A stretch of DNA of 64,000 nt from Eledone cirrhosa (taxonomy: Eukaryota). Below the pieces are notes generated by a model. It was given only the letters and a program-made list of their open reading frames with translations. It did not search any database and had not been told where the DNA came from. Made by a program: the position numbers and the translations under genes. Position 1 is the first letter of the stretch, and every line of letters begins with the position of its first letter. Positions 26,271 to 38,954 of this stretch are shown here, piece after piece. The stretch is from assembly GCA_964016885.1 (NCBI GenBank), contig OZ024741.1, positions 275,404,001-275,468,000 on the forward strand, written 5' to 3'.

Positions 26271-26563
26271 TCATCATCATCATCATCATCATCTTCGTTT
26301 AACGTCCTTTTTCCACGCTAGCATGGGTTAGACGGGAGTTGTCCCACTTGAGGCAAGGCTGGTTGGGTGACCGTGTCTCGCTCATATAGGACTATCTGGG
26401 ACGTTTTCTACGACTGGATGCCCTTCCTAACACCAACCACATTTACAGTGTGGACTGGGAACTTTTTACCGTGTTACCTACACGGCCACATTACAGCGTG
26501 AACTGTGTGTTGTTTTTTGTTTTATATATATATATATATATATCATCGTCATCATCATCATCA

Positions 26564-26885
26564 TTTTACGTCCGCTTTTCCCTGCTTGCAAGGGTGGGAC
26601 GGGAACTGATTCTGGATTGATTTCTACAGCTGGATACCCTTCCTAACACCAACCTCATTTACAGTGAGTGCTAGGTGCTTTTTTGCCGTGGCACCTCCAC
26701 GACCACTTTGCAGTAGAATGATATAGACCCCAGTCCTATCATCTCATTTCTACAGCTGAGTAAACTGGAGCAATGTAAAATAAAGTGTCTTGCTCAAGGA
26801 AACAACACATCACCCGGTCTGAGAATTGAACTCACAACCTTTCGATTGCAAGGCCAATGCTCTAACTACTAAGCCATGTGCCTCC
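26564..26885 (-). mobile_element. Full-length SINE family 2
   Basis: tRNA-like head GGAGGCACATGGCTTAGTAGTTAG..GAGTTCAATTC, central domain, RTE-like tail and (ATG)n. Confidence 0.85.
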
Positions 26886-26896
26886 ATATATATATA

Positions 26897-26928
26897 TAAA
26901 ATACAATATGTTGAAAGGGTAACGTACT

Positions 26929-26987
<59 letters not shown>

Positions 26988-27237
26988 GTGTGCCATCAAT
27001 AAAACAGGGATTTTATATTTTTAATTATTGTGTGTCTACCCTGCCTTCCATAGGTTATAGATTCCATACACTGGTGCTTTTCCCTGTTTTATTGATGGCA
27101 CACGATCTCTCTCTCTCTCTCTCTAGTGTGTTACCCTTTCAACATATTGTATTTTAAAGAGCTCAGGATTCCTTTTCCTTTGAGCACATTATTGACAGGG
27201 AATAGCGAGAGTCTATGGCTCCGTTAATTTATCGTGA
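26897..27237. repeat. Fold-back element with an internal (GA)n/(TC)n tract in each arm
   Basis: Arms ~26897-27009 and ~27082-27155 are inverted. One-sided extension to 27237. (TA)n flanks. No HHR core recognised. Confidence 0.7.
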
Positions 27238-27299
27238 TATATATATATATATATTTATATACGTTTGTATGCATAATTTTGATATATATTTATATATAG

Positions 27300-27496
<197 letters not shown>

Positions 27497-27551
27497 CATA
27501 TATAAGTTAAAACAATGAGATAAAAAATCAAGTCATTAGAGATATACTTCA

Positions 27552-27689
27552 CTGCTTTACGATCGTTTCTAGGTGATGATGATACATTGTAGCTATACTC
27601 CGTTATTGATCTATGTAAGGTTAGTTACAAAATATCAGATAAAGAGAATAGTTACTTACATGCATATCACCAGCTGTTTTCAAAAGCAA
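27552..27689 (-). ncRNA. Hammerhead-like motif with UUGAAAA core and long stem II, downstream of a Neptune-type GIY-YIG remnant
   Basis: TTGCTT-TTGAAAA-CAGCTGGTGAT-[~90 nt]-ATCACCTA-GAAAC-GATC-GTA|AAGCAG. Confidence 0.55.
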
Positions 27690-28694
27690 TAATAATTTTA
27701 TTCAGAATTAGTAGTATGTTAGTATCATGTCCATATTTGGAGGTAGTTGAAGAACTAACCAATCAAATTGTTTTTTTCATATGGTGTTAAGATGAAAAGT
27801 AATACACTTTAGTTGAGGTCATGACCCTTTGAAAGGAATGGTTGAATGGTGTTAATAGTAGAATTGGCATAAAAATCTATTAGGAGGAAAGGGATTGTCA
27901 AACTGATAGTTGAATGTATCTTGTATAGTGAAGTTTAAAAGGAATGTAAAAATAAATGGTGATTAGTGTTGTATTGAGTTTTTAGGTGAATATAAATTAA
28001 GGTTATGGCTAGGAAAGATAGTATATTAAAAGAAGAAAATTATAAGATAATGAAATACAGTAATGCGATAAAATACAACATAACCAACACAATATAGTAC
28101 GGTGTGGTAAATTGCACTTAGTATAATACAGCATATGATACGCTCTAAAATACTATCAAGTATGTTTATGTATAAATAATCAGACTCAGATAAATACATG
28201 TTGGCATAGTTAAAACACATAAATTTCATAGATTACAAAGTGCATATATCCACACTATATATAGAGAGGTACAGTTATATTGATATCCAACCAAAAATAT
28301 ACATACGCACAAATAGATGCAAACCTAAATACACATTTACACATGTGCACATAATCATATACACACATATCCATACATATCTATATCTACACATACACAC
28401 CTATACCCACATATATACATATATATATATACACACACACACATATATATATACATGTAGATAAATCTACCAAAAATACACATACATATATATGTCTCAC
28501 ATATACACACACACAAACACTTATGCAATTACGGGTGGTTGTGTACCTTGTTGCCTTTAGTCATTAACGCATAAACCTAAGGAAGCTAAAACATTAAAAG
28601 GTAAAAGATAAGCATGAATGCATATAATTAGGGGAAAGGGGTACTAACAAATGTTACTCTATATAGAATTATAGTGACTTGCTATTTAGAATAT

Positions 28695-29000
28695 TTAATT
28701 AGGTTTACAGTATTTAAATGTTTTTTGTATACGGTGATTACAAACTATGATCAGTTCCTGCCTTTTATTTAATAAATCGTCATTAGATTTAGTAATTTCC
28801 AAGATCTCCCTTGAACATAATCTGCATTCCCTCCTGTTCCCAATGTTCCCAAGATATGGAGTTCTTAGTAGAATGGTGTTCCACGATAACTTGAAATCTA
28901 TTTTTTTCTTTTTATAATTATTTACTGCTTCAGCTAAAGATGTGGTGTTAGCTAGTTTAGTATTGTTGAAACTACTAGAGCACAACTTACTGTGGATACC

Positions 29001-29003
<3 letters not shown>
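28695..29003 (-). pseudogene. C-terminal remnant of a Penelope-like (Neptune-type) GIY-YIG endonuclease
   Basis: TSLAEAV..KLSWNTILL..PY..ECRLCSREILEI..LLNKRQEL..CNH matches the conserved W-x-I..Y..CxLC..E..LNxRxE..CxH tail. 5'-truncated at a (TA)n tract. Confidence 0.75.
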
Positions 29004-29064
<61 letters not shown>

Positions 29065-29071
<7 letters not shown>

Positions 29072-29728
29072 ACATACATTCTCTGTGCGTGATTTTGCTC
29101 AGCTCAGCCAATTAGAGCCAGTAGAAGAGAATGTATCCCTACGCGTCCTGAGGGAGAAATTCCACGCGAGGATTTGAAGAATCTCTCTCTTGCAACCTGA
29201 ACATGGTAATGTAAAGACCACTTGGTCTCTTGCTGCTTCAACGCCGAAGGACCGACACATACAATATGTAACAGTGAGATTTGCACTTTGGCCTGCCGGC
29301 CTGCCTCGGGCCTGGTACAATGGCACATTCCTTTTGTAATCTTATTATGTTTAACTTCAACCATACAAATTAACAAACATTACTTTGTGCTACAACAAAA
29401 ATAAACATACATTTCATCTCACGAACATTCTTCTTGTTGACATTATTATCACGGTGGATTGGCAGTATCGGTAGAGAGTCGGACACCATGCTTTGAAGCA
29501 TAGAGTTATGTCCCTTTATGATCTAAGTTCAAATCCCGCCGAGGTTAACTTTGCCTTTCATCCTTACGGGGTCGATAAAATAAAGTACCAGTAATGTACT
29601 GGGTAATTGCTGGCCTTGTGCCTAAAATAGAAACAATTATTATCATGTTACTCGTTATCGATATGACTGACATATACTTCTACCAAACTGATTACTCGTG
29701 GCTACGCTACTAACTATAACACACTACA
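29065..29728 (+). mobile_element. Possible solo LTR with a family 1 SINE inserted (29453-29635)
   Basis: Starts TGTAGTG and ends CACTACA (7-bp inverted TG..CA termini), with an internal AATAAA near 29400. No TSD found for the LTR. Confidence 0.4.
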
Positions 29729-29842
29729 ACCAGCTAAATATATATATATACACACACACACATATATATATATATAGTGTAGGTAGTAAGGTGAAATACT
29801 AGTGTTGGTACCAAATCAAGCACTCTATGCACAGGCAGAGTG

Positions 29843-30175
29843 TATATAATAGAAGAAACGAGGAAGTATCGTTTACATATGAAAAATATTTATTGCGTAT
29901 TGATCTGTTACGCGCGTTTTACAGAGGATTGGCTCAAGGTGACCCATAGGAGTTATGGACCTGGCTCCAGTATCGATCTGCTCCTCAGACTGATGCAACA
30001 AAAGATATATTTTTGTTGCATCATGAGTCTGAGCAGCAGATCGATACTGGAGTCAGGTCCATAACTCCTATGGGCCAGCTTAAACCAATCCTCTGCGAAA
30101 CGCGCGTAACAGATCAATACGCAATAAATATTTTTCATATGTAAATGAAACTTCCTCATTTTTTCTATTATATAT
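29843..30175. mobile_element. Fold-back pLTR-like element with two opposed long-stem-II hammerheads
   Basis: Inverted arms of ~160 bp centred near 30007. Consensus GT-CTGAGGA-GCAGA-[~50 nt]-TCTGC-GAAAC-GCGC-GTA|ACAGAT, then AATAAA (29902-29994 minus, 30027-30115 plus). Confidence 0.8.
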
Positions 30176-30187
30176 ATATATATATAT

Positions 30188-30330
30188 ATATCCAAAATTA
30201 AGATAAATCAAAGTGAATTTAATCTAAATGGAGCTTATTTTACGGGTGATATGGCGCATGCCTTTCTGGCATGACACCCATAATTTTGATTTAGATTAAA
30301 TTCACTTTGATTTATCTTAATTTTGGATAT
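30188..30330. repeat. Short inverted repeat (~40-bp perfect arms) abutting (TA)n
   Basis: ATCCAAAATTAAGATAAATCAAAGTGAATTTAATCTAAAT and its reverse complement around a ~60-nt spacer. Confidence 0.8.
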
Positions 30331-30792
30331 AGATATATAAATACGGCTCCTTAATTGTAGAGCTAACTCTGGTGAAAGGACTTGACTGCTGTTTCTAGTT
30401 GTCGATAACCCTATTCACGCCACTGGGACGAAGCTGGTATGATGTGTGTATTTTTAGTAGATACAGCACGTGTTACTGGCCAGTCGCTGATTTGAACTTA
30501 ATGCGTAAACACAGATGGCTGGATTTCTTCCTTGTTGAAAATCCACGTACCGGCCTCCGTGGTTTACCATTCGATTAATTGGTGAAATATATTTCTTTAA
30601 TGGAATATATACAGGGAAGATTAATCATATTATAATGTATCTATTTTTGAAGTTCTAGTTAACTTTATTTAGTTACCTACCTAGCTATGTGTGCTTACAC
30701 ACATGTAAAAATTATCCCCTGTGATTGTTTCATATGTTTATTTATATGTTAATCAATTTCTAGTTGTTATATATATATATATATATATATAT

Positions 30793-31345
30793 AACCAAAG
30801 ATTAATATGGTTCGTTGATTATTCAACGAATACAATTTTACAATAGATTAGAAGCACTCGACAGAAGATTTTCCTGGAGTATTTAATATTAGTCAAAATA
30901 TTTTCATAATCAAAAGGTACAATGGTGTTTAAGTACTTTTCATCAGACAAAATATAAGATTTGATATGTGACATACCGCTACGGTTTTGATTATTCAATT
31001 CCAGTATTGGCATATAAATATTTATTTATTTATTTATTTATTTATTGGTTTATTTCTCGCCTTTTCCTTTTCTTTGCACCCCCCTTCTATATTTCTACCT
31101 TGCTCTACGTCCTCTTCTCTAAGTTTATATTATTTGTAGTATAAAAACGCTGAGAGTTGTGAAATAAATCACTGCCAATACTGGAATCTAATAATCAAAA
31201 CCGTAGCGGTATGTCACATATCAAATCTCTCATATATTTTATCTGATGAAAACGTACTTAAACAGCATTGTACCTTTGAAATATGTATAATAAAATATAT
31301 ATTTTGATTATCAGAATATTTTTCATTTATTAACATTTTGAATAA
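30793..31345. mobile_element. Fold-back pLTR-like element
   Basis: Arms ~30911-31012 and ~31173-31278. The left arm has lost the GAAA half of the ribozyme. (TA)n flanks. Confidence 0.75.
31232..31300 (+). ncRNA. Type I hammerhead ribozyme (canonical core)
   Basis: ATATATTTTAT-CTGATGA-AAACGTAC..GTACCTTT-GAAAT-ATGT-ATA|ATAAAATATAT, with a perfect 11-bp stem I. Confidence 0.8.
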
Positions 31346-31827
31346 TATATATATTTATATATATATGTATATATATAGAGAGATGGAGGGGGGGGGGGGG
31401 GAGAAAGAGATAGATAGATAGATATAAACAGTGTGTGTGGAAAAGTAAGAGAAAGAGGGGTGAGAGAAATTTTGTAGGAAAAAGTAAAAGAGTGTGGAGG
31501 GGTGTGTGTGTGAGAAAAATCTAGTGGTGTGGAATACAAAGGCAGGAGGTGTGAAAGAAATGCAAAAAGAATGGATAAGAATGTGAGATATGGAAGGAAA
31601 AAGGACGAAGAAGAAGAAAAGAAAGAAAGAAGTATAATATAGAAAGGATGTCAGTCTGTGAGAGAGAAGAAAGAGAATAAAAGAGAGACTGAGAGAGAAG
31701 AAGAAGAAAAAGAAGAGGAAGAGGAAGAAGAAGAAGAAGAAGAAGAAGAAAAAGAAGAAAGAAAAAAGGGGGACAGAAAGAAAGAAAGAAAAGAAGGAAA
31801 GAAAGAAAGAAAGAGGAAAGAAAAGAG

Positions 31828-33092
31828 ATGGTGGTGGTGATGGTGATGGTGGTGATAATGGTGGTGGTGATGGTGGTGGTTGTGGTGATGGTGGTGGTTG
31901 TGGTGATGGTGGTGGTGGTGATAATGGTGGTTGTGGTGATGGTGGTTGTTGTGGTGGTTGTGGTGATGGTGGTGGTGATAATGGTGGTGATGGTGGTGGT
32001 TGTGGTGCTGGTGGTGGTGGTGATGGTGGTGGTGATGGTGGTCTTGGTGGTGATGTTGGTGGTGGTTGTGGTGATGGTGGTGGTGGTGGTGATGGTGATG
32101 GTGGTGATGATGGTGGTGGTTGTGGTGATGGTGGTGGTTGTGGTGATGGTGGTGGTTGTGGTGATGTTGGTGGTGGTGATAATGGTGGTTGTGGTGATGG
32201 TGGTGGTTGTGGTGATGGTGGTTGTTGTGGTGGTTGTGGTGATGGTGGTGGTGGTGATAGTGGTGGTGATGGTGGTGGTGGTGATGGTGGTGGTGATGGT
32301 GGTATTGGTGGTGATGTTGGTGATGGTTGTGGTGATGGTGGTGGTGGTGGTGGTGGTGATGGTGATGGTGGTGATGATGGTGGTGGTTGTGGTGATGGTG
32401 GTGGTTGTGGTGATGGTGGTGGTTGTGGTGATGGTGGTGGTTGTGGTGATGGTGGTATTGGTGGTGATGTTGGTGGTGATTGTGGTGATGGTGGTGGTGG
32501 TGGTGATGATGGTGGTGATGATGGTGGTGGTTGTGGTGATGGTGGTGGTTGTGATGATGGTGGTGGTTGTGGTGATGGTGGTATTAGTGGTGATGTTGGG
32601 GGTGATGGTGGTGGTGATGGTGGTGGTGATGGTGGTGATGGTGGTGTTGATGGTGATGGTGGTGATGATGGTGGTTGTGGTGATGGTGGTGGTTGTGGTG
32701 ATGATGGTGGTTGTGGTGATGATGGTGGTAGTGATGGTGGTGGTGATGTTGGTGGTGGTTGTAGTGGTGGTGGTGATGGTGATGGTGATGGCTGTGGTGA
32801 TGGTGGTGGCTGTGGTGATGGTGGTGGTGGTGATGGTGGTGGTGATGGTGGTATTGGTGGTGATGTTGGTGGTGGTGGTTGTGGTGATGGTGGTGATGGT
32901 GATAGTTATGGTGATGGTGGTGGTTGTGGTGATGTGATGGTTGTGGTGATGGTGGTGGTTGTGGTGATGGTGGTGGTTGTGGTGATGGTGGTGGTGTTGG
33001 TGGTGATGGTGGGGATGATGGTGGTAGTGATAGTGTTGGTGGTGGTGATGGTTGTGGTTATAGTGATAGTGTTATTGTTGGTGGTGGTGGTA
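31828..33092. repeat. Degenerate (GGT/GAT/TGT)n trinucleotide low-complexity tract
   Basis: Direct inspection. Confidence 0.95.
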
Positions 33093-33289
33093 GTGAGATG
33101 AAGAAGTCAGTTCTTTTGAGAATGGGACAAACAAATAAACAGATAGAACAGAAAGAGAGGGGAAAGGGAGAGAAGGAGAGAGAAAGAGAGAGGGAGGGGG
33201 AGAAGGAAAGAGAATGAGAGGGAGACACGAAGAGATTGTAAAAAGAGATAGATAGATAAATAGATAGATAGATAGATAGATAGATATAT

Positions 33290-33910
33290 TTCTTTATTAG
33301 CCACAGGGGCACAAAAGAAGGGGACAAATACAAAGGGGGAAGTTTACATACAATAAAAACGTGTAAAATGTTATCACAGATGGAATTTAAAAGTTAGTCG
33401 ATTTTCCCCAATAGAGGGAGACAGTTTATATGGGTAACACATACCCCCGAAAAAAATGTGCAACCCTCATCTTCAGGAGTACGAAGAGCTTGTACTCCTT
33501 TCCTCTCCTCCTCCTTTTCCTCAATCTACAGGCTGATATAGAGAGAAGGCCCATTCACTCGGGCCATTCTCGCCACTTTCACCCACCTTTCATAAAACTT
33601 GCTGGGGTACAGCACCTCTCTCTCCATCCTGATTCTTCTTCCAAAGTGGTATTTGAAAAAAAGAATCAGTTGTTGGCCGGAGAGAAAGGTGTCTGACCTC
33701 AGCCCTTTCAACCTTGTCCACCATACAACCTCTTTCGCCATAGCTATCACACAAAGGAAAACCGCCTCTCCTTCGTTTTTGAAGGAGGGTGGCGGTTTGA
33801 TCATGACAATGGACTCGGTGGTCAACTGGATTGGTCCCACCCGCGACAATAGTCGTTCTACATAGCCCCACAGGTCAGTGACGCCCGGGCAGTGTATGAA
33901 TGCGTGCGCA
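33290..33910 (-). mobile_element. Second 3' fragment of the L1/Tx1-like family (a third 3' end lies at ~33915-33960)
   Basis: Homologous to 20961-21575 (ESIVMIKPPPSFKNEGEAVFLCVIAMAKEVVWWTR). Ends CCCCTGTGGCTAATAAAGAAAT-(ATCT)n. Confidence 0.75.
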
Positions 33911-35399
33911 GATATATTTCTTTATTTGCCACAAGGACGCACAAGAAAAGGAGACAATAAGATAGATAGATACTGAGAGGGGAGAAGTGTGAGGGTAAAA
34001 GAGATAGATAGTTACTGAGAGGGGAGAAGTTAGAGTAAAAGATAGATAGATAGGTAGGTAGATAGATAGGTAGATAGATAGATAGATACTGAGAGGGGAG
34101 AAGTGTGAGTGTAAAAGAAGGTAAAAAAAACTAGTGAGAGAAAGAGAGGGTGATGAGGTAGGGGAGAGAGGAGGTGATAGATAGAGTAAGAGAGAGAGAG
34201 AGGGGAAGGGAAAGGAAGAGTATGTGTGGAAGAGGAGGGGAGGAGTGGCTATAATGATTCTTCTACGGGGGGAGACTTTATTATTCTCTATCGTACTTCT
34301 TTGGATGGGATCTTTACTTCTTGTTACTGGGCCGTCTTCAAAACTTCTTAACGAACACGGCCAGCTATTTTCTACCGACAAACTCACACAGGAACATATA
34401 TATAAATACAAGAATATACATACAAACCAGTAAATTAATAGACAAAACACACACACATATATATACATAGATAATTTTTTGTAAACATAACTATATAAAA
34501 TATACTCTCACACATAAACACACTCACAATATATAAAGAATATACATACATACAAGTAAATCAGTATATATATAGAGAGAGAGATGATTCTTTTGTAAAC
34601 ATAACTATATAAAATATACACTCTCACACATAAATACACTATGTATATATATTATATATATAAAATATATATTTAATATATAATAATAATATACAAATAT
34701 AGCTTCAAACATCTACATCCTGATATTATCCAAGCTACGCCATTCCGTGTCTGTAAGTATCCCAGCTTTTTTTGGAAATTTGTCTTATTGTTATAACATA
34801 GTTTCGGAAAACTCTTCAATTCTGTCGGAACAGAAATACTAAAGGATTCTGACATTTTACTATATCTCTCTCACTCTCTTTACTTTTCTTTCTCTCTCTC
34901 ACATTTAACCATTCTCATACTTTCCTACTCTCTCTCTCTCTCACCTAACCATTCTTATACTTTCCTCCTCTCTCTCTCTCTTTCATACATCTAACCTTTC
35001 TCATATTTTCCTCCTCTCTCTCTCTCCTACATACACGTTCTCTTTGTTTTCCTCTTCTACCACCCCGTCTTTCTCTCTTTCTCTCAGCTAAACTCTCTCG
35101 CACACACAAACACTCACTCCCTTTCTCTCACTATCACGCACCCACCTTCTCTCTCACACACACATATGCACTCTGTATATATTCTATCTGTCTCTCTCTC
35201 TCTCTTTAATTTTACTATTTACCATCTCTATATTTCTATCCTTAGTTAATATCCAAGACTTTCAAACTAGACACAGCTTCTGTCCCACTAACACACTATT
35301 GTCTTTTTCTCACGTACACACACCCCTACAGACTCGCGTACACACCCACACTCTCGTACTCACGTACACACCCACACGTATACACTCACTTTATTCTAT

Positions 35400-36131
35400 T
35401 GTATCCATCATTCACCCGTATACACACATACATACATACATACACATTCACTCGTATACATGCACCCGTATACATATATATACACATTCACCCGTATACA
35501 TACACTCGTATACATATATACACATTCACCCGTATACATATATACACATTCACCCGTATACATATATACACATACACCCGTATACATGCATACACATTCA
35601 CCCGTATACATACATGCACATTCAATATACACACACTCGTATACATACATACATACACATACACTCGTATACATATATACACATACACTAGTATACATAA
35701 ATATATACACATTCACTCGTATACATACATATATATATATATATATACACATTCACCCGTATACCTACATATATACACATTCACTCCTATACATATATAC
35801 ACATTCACCCGTATACATATATACACATACACTCGTATACATACATATATACACATTCACTCCTATACATATATACACATTCACTCCTATACATATATAC
35901 ACATTCACCCGTATACATATATACACATACACTCGTATACATACATATATACACATTCACTCCTATACATATATACACTTGTATACATATATATACACAC
36001 ATTCACCCGTATATATATATATATACACACACATTCACCCGTATACATATATATATATACACACATTCACCCGTATACCTATATATATATATACACACAT
36101 TCACCCATATATATATATACACATTCACCCG

Positions 36132-36164
<33 letters not shown>

Positions 36165-36240
36165 TCACCCGCATACATATATATACATACATATAACACA
36201 TTCACTTCTATACATATATACTCGTATACATATATACATA
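35400..36240. repeat. Minisatellite, ~22-26 bp unit ACACATTCACCCGTATACATATAT
   Basis: Direct inspection. Confidence 0.9.
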
Positions 36241-36394
36241 CATAGTAATATCTTTCAGGTACAACTTTACTTCCATCCTTTCACACTCATGTATTGCTTT
36301 TTCCTATGTTCCTCTCTGCTCTCTCTCACTATCTATCTCTATCTGCAACTCTATGTATCGGTCTATATCTCTCTCACTATATATATATATATTG

Positions 36395-36625
36395 TAATAA
36401 TAATAAATTTGAAGACTAAAATCCAACGAGGGCTCGATAAGGATAAATATATATCAAATATATAAGAACCGCAGAGCAAATATTTATTAAAATAACAGAT
36501 TAAAGTTTAAGCAAAGAATCGCTGCTTTCACCCTTAACGAGATCTGAAACTCTTTTTTTCAGAAGATCTCGTTAAGGGTGAAAGCAGCGATTCTTTGCTT
36601 AAATTTTAATCTGTTATCTTAATAT
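36395..36625. mobile_element. Family C pLTR-like unit folded back at its hammerhead core
   Basis: Arms ~36486-36545 and ~36564-36624. The plus arm reads CAGAAGA-TCTCGTTAAGGGT-GAAAGCA..TGCTT|AAAT. Left extension homologous to 530-650 and 38302-38400. Confidence 0.75.
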
Positions 36626-37832
36626 ATATATATATTCTCTTATTCTATGGATCTATCTATATCTCTCTTTATGCATCTATTTGTATCTCTCTAACACTAT
36701 ATATCTGTCTACATCATTATCTCTCTCACTCTATCTATCTATCTATCTCTCTCACTCTATGTATCTATCTATCTTTCTCACTCTATCTCTTTCTCTATCT
36801 ATCTCTTTCTCTATCTATCTATCTCTTTCTCTATCTATCTATCTCTTTCTCTATCTATCTATCACTCACTCTATGTATCTATCTATCTCTCTCACTCTAT
36901 GTATCTATCTCTTTCTCTCACTCTATGTATCTATATATCTCTCTCACTCTATCTATCTACCCCTCTCTCACTTTATGTATCTGTTTCTCTCCACCCTCAC
37001 CCACTTTTCCTATCTCTTCTTCTGTCCTATATCTCTCATTCCAGTCGTCTATCTCTTTCTTTACCTCCCTCCCCATCTTTCTTTATATATTTACCTCCCT
37101 CACATTCTCACCATCCTCTCTCTATCTCTCTCTCTCTCTCTCTCTTTCACTCACACACCCCCAACCATTCTCTCACTGTATCTTTCTATCTCCCTCTCAT
37201 ACAAACCAACTTCTCCCCCTCTCTCATTCACTATCTTTCTATCTCATTCTTTTACCAAGCTACCCCCCTCTCTCTCTCACTATCTTTTCAATCCCATTCT
37301 TATACCAGCCTTCCTTGCGCCCCTCTCTCCCTCTCCCTCACTGTATCTGTCTATCTCATTCTCATACCAACCATCCTCACGCCGCGATGCCCCCGTCCCC
37401 CCATCACTGTTCAGCTCAAGCCTCTTTTAATGTCTGTCTATCGCTGCAGTTGGGACACTCGCCTCTCATCCGTCTTCAAAGGCGGACTCTGAGAAGAACG
37501 TGTGAAGAGTGTGAAGATTCGGGCTGGGGGGAGAGGAGGAGGAACTGGTGTGTGTGGAAGGGGGAGGTGATGGGATCTCTCTCTCTTGTCTGACGATGGT
37601 GACTACTGAGTTTGATGCCAAATTCTGTGCCTTGCCAAAAACCCCGCCTCCTGCTCCACCTACCCTTATCTCTACTGCCGCCACCAGCACCACCACAACC
37701 AACACTACCACACCACCAGCAACACAACCACCAATACCACTACCACCACCACCTGACATACCCCATTATCTTACTTTTGTCTTCAAGAAACTTCTTTCGG
37801 GCATTTCTCCCCTACCCACCACACAGACACTG

Positions 37833-37910
<78 letters not shown>

Positions 37911-38411
37911 CATACTTTAAGCTGAAACTTTTAAGTCACTGCCATTTTTCTACTTAAAATATACACACACATATGCGTACACACACACACACACACACAC
38001 ATATATATTTATATATCATCATCGTTTAACGGCCATCTTCCACACTAGCATGGGTTTGACGGGAATTGTCCCATTTGAGGCAAGATTGGTTGGGTGACCG
38101 TTTCTCGCTCGTATAGGACTATTTGGCAGGTTTTCTATGGTTGGATGCCCTTCCTAATACCAACCACATTTACAATGTGGACTGGGAGGTTTTTACCATG
38201 ACCGCATTACAGTGTGGATTGTGTTTTTTTTTTTATATACACACATACATGTATACTCGGAAATGGTGAATTAACTGTTGTGGAACTACTATATATATAT
38301 AGTAATTATAATAAATTTGAAGACTAAAATCCAAAGAGGGCTCAATAAGGATAAATATATATCAAATATATAAGAACCTTAGAGCAAATATTTATTAAAA
38401 TAACAGATTAA

Positions 38412-38462
38412 AGTTTAAGCAAAGAATTGCTGCTTTCACCCTTAACGGGATCTTCTGAAACT
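38412..38462 (-). ncRNA. Hammerhead-like motif, family C, in unit ~38302-38770
   Basis: AGTTT-CAGAAGA-TCCCGTTAAGGGT-GAAAGCA-GCAATTCTT-TGCTT|AAACT. Confidence 0.6.
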
Positions 38463-38954
38463 AAAAAAATCAATCTGTGAACGCAGAAGTAAATATTTCG
38501 AAAAACGTTGCAACTGAAGGAAAACAGGAAGACGATACTTTGGTTCATGAAGATGTTCCCTGGCAATGAACGGGAAAAAAATGAAAATAATATGTTATGT
38601 GGAGCGATGAGAACAATTACATGCAAAGACAAAACCACGTTAATGGTATAAATGAAGTCATAGATTAATATTCTATTTAGGAAACCGAATGATTCTCGGC
38701 TTCAGAGTTAAGAATAATGTAAATAAATTAGTAGAACGAAAATGACAGAGGTTATTGAAATCAATAATTAATTATATACATACACGCCTCCATACACATG
38801 GATACGCAAAAACACCCGTCATGCATGCATATACAAGCACGTACACACAAACACGTGCACACATACATAAATCCGCGTGACACCTGTACCCGCACACATA
38901 CGAACGTATACACCAAATACACAAAAAATATATTAAAAAAAATATATATAAATA

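Noticed and set aside
31828-32937. 369-aa poly-Val/Met ORF
   Set aside because: Translation of a degenerate (GGT)n tract; no splice or domain evidence.
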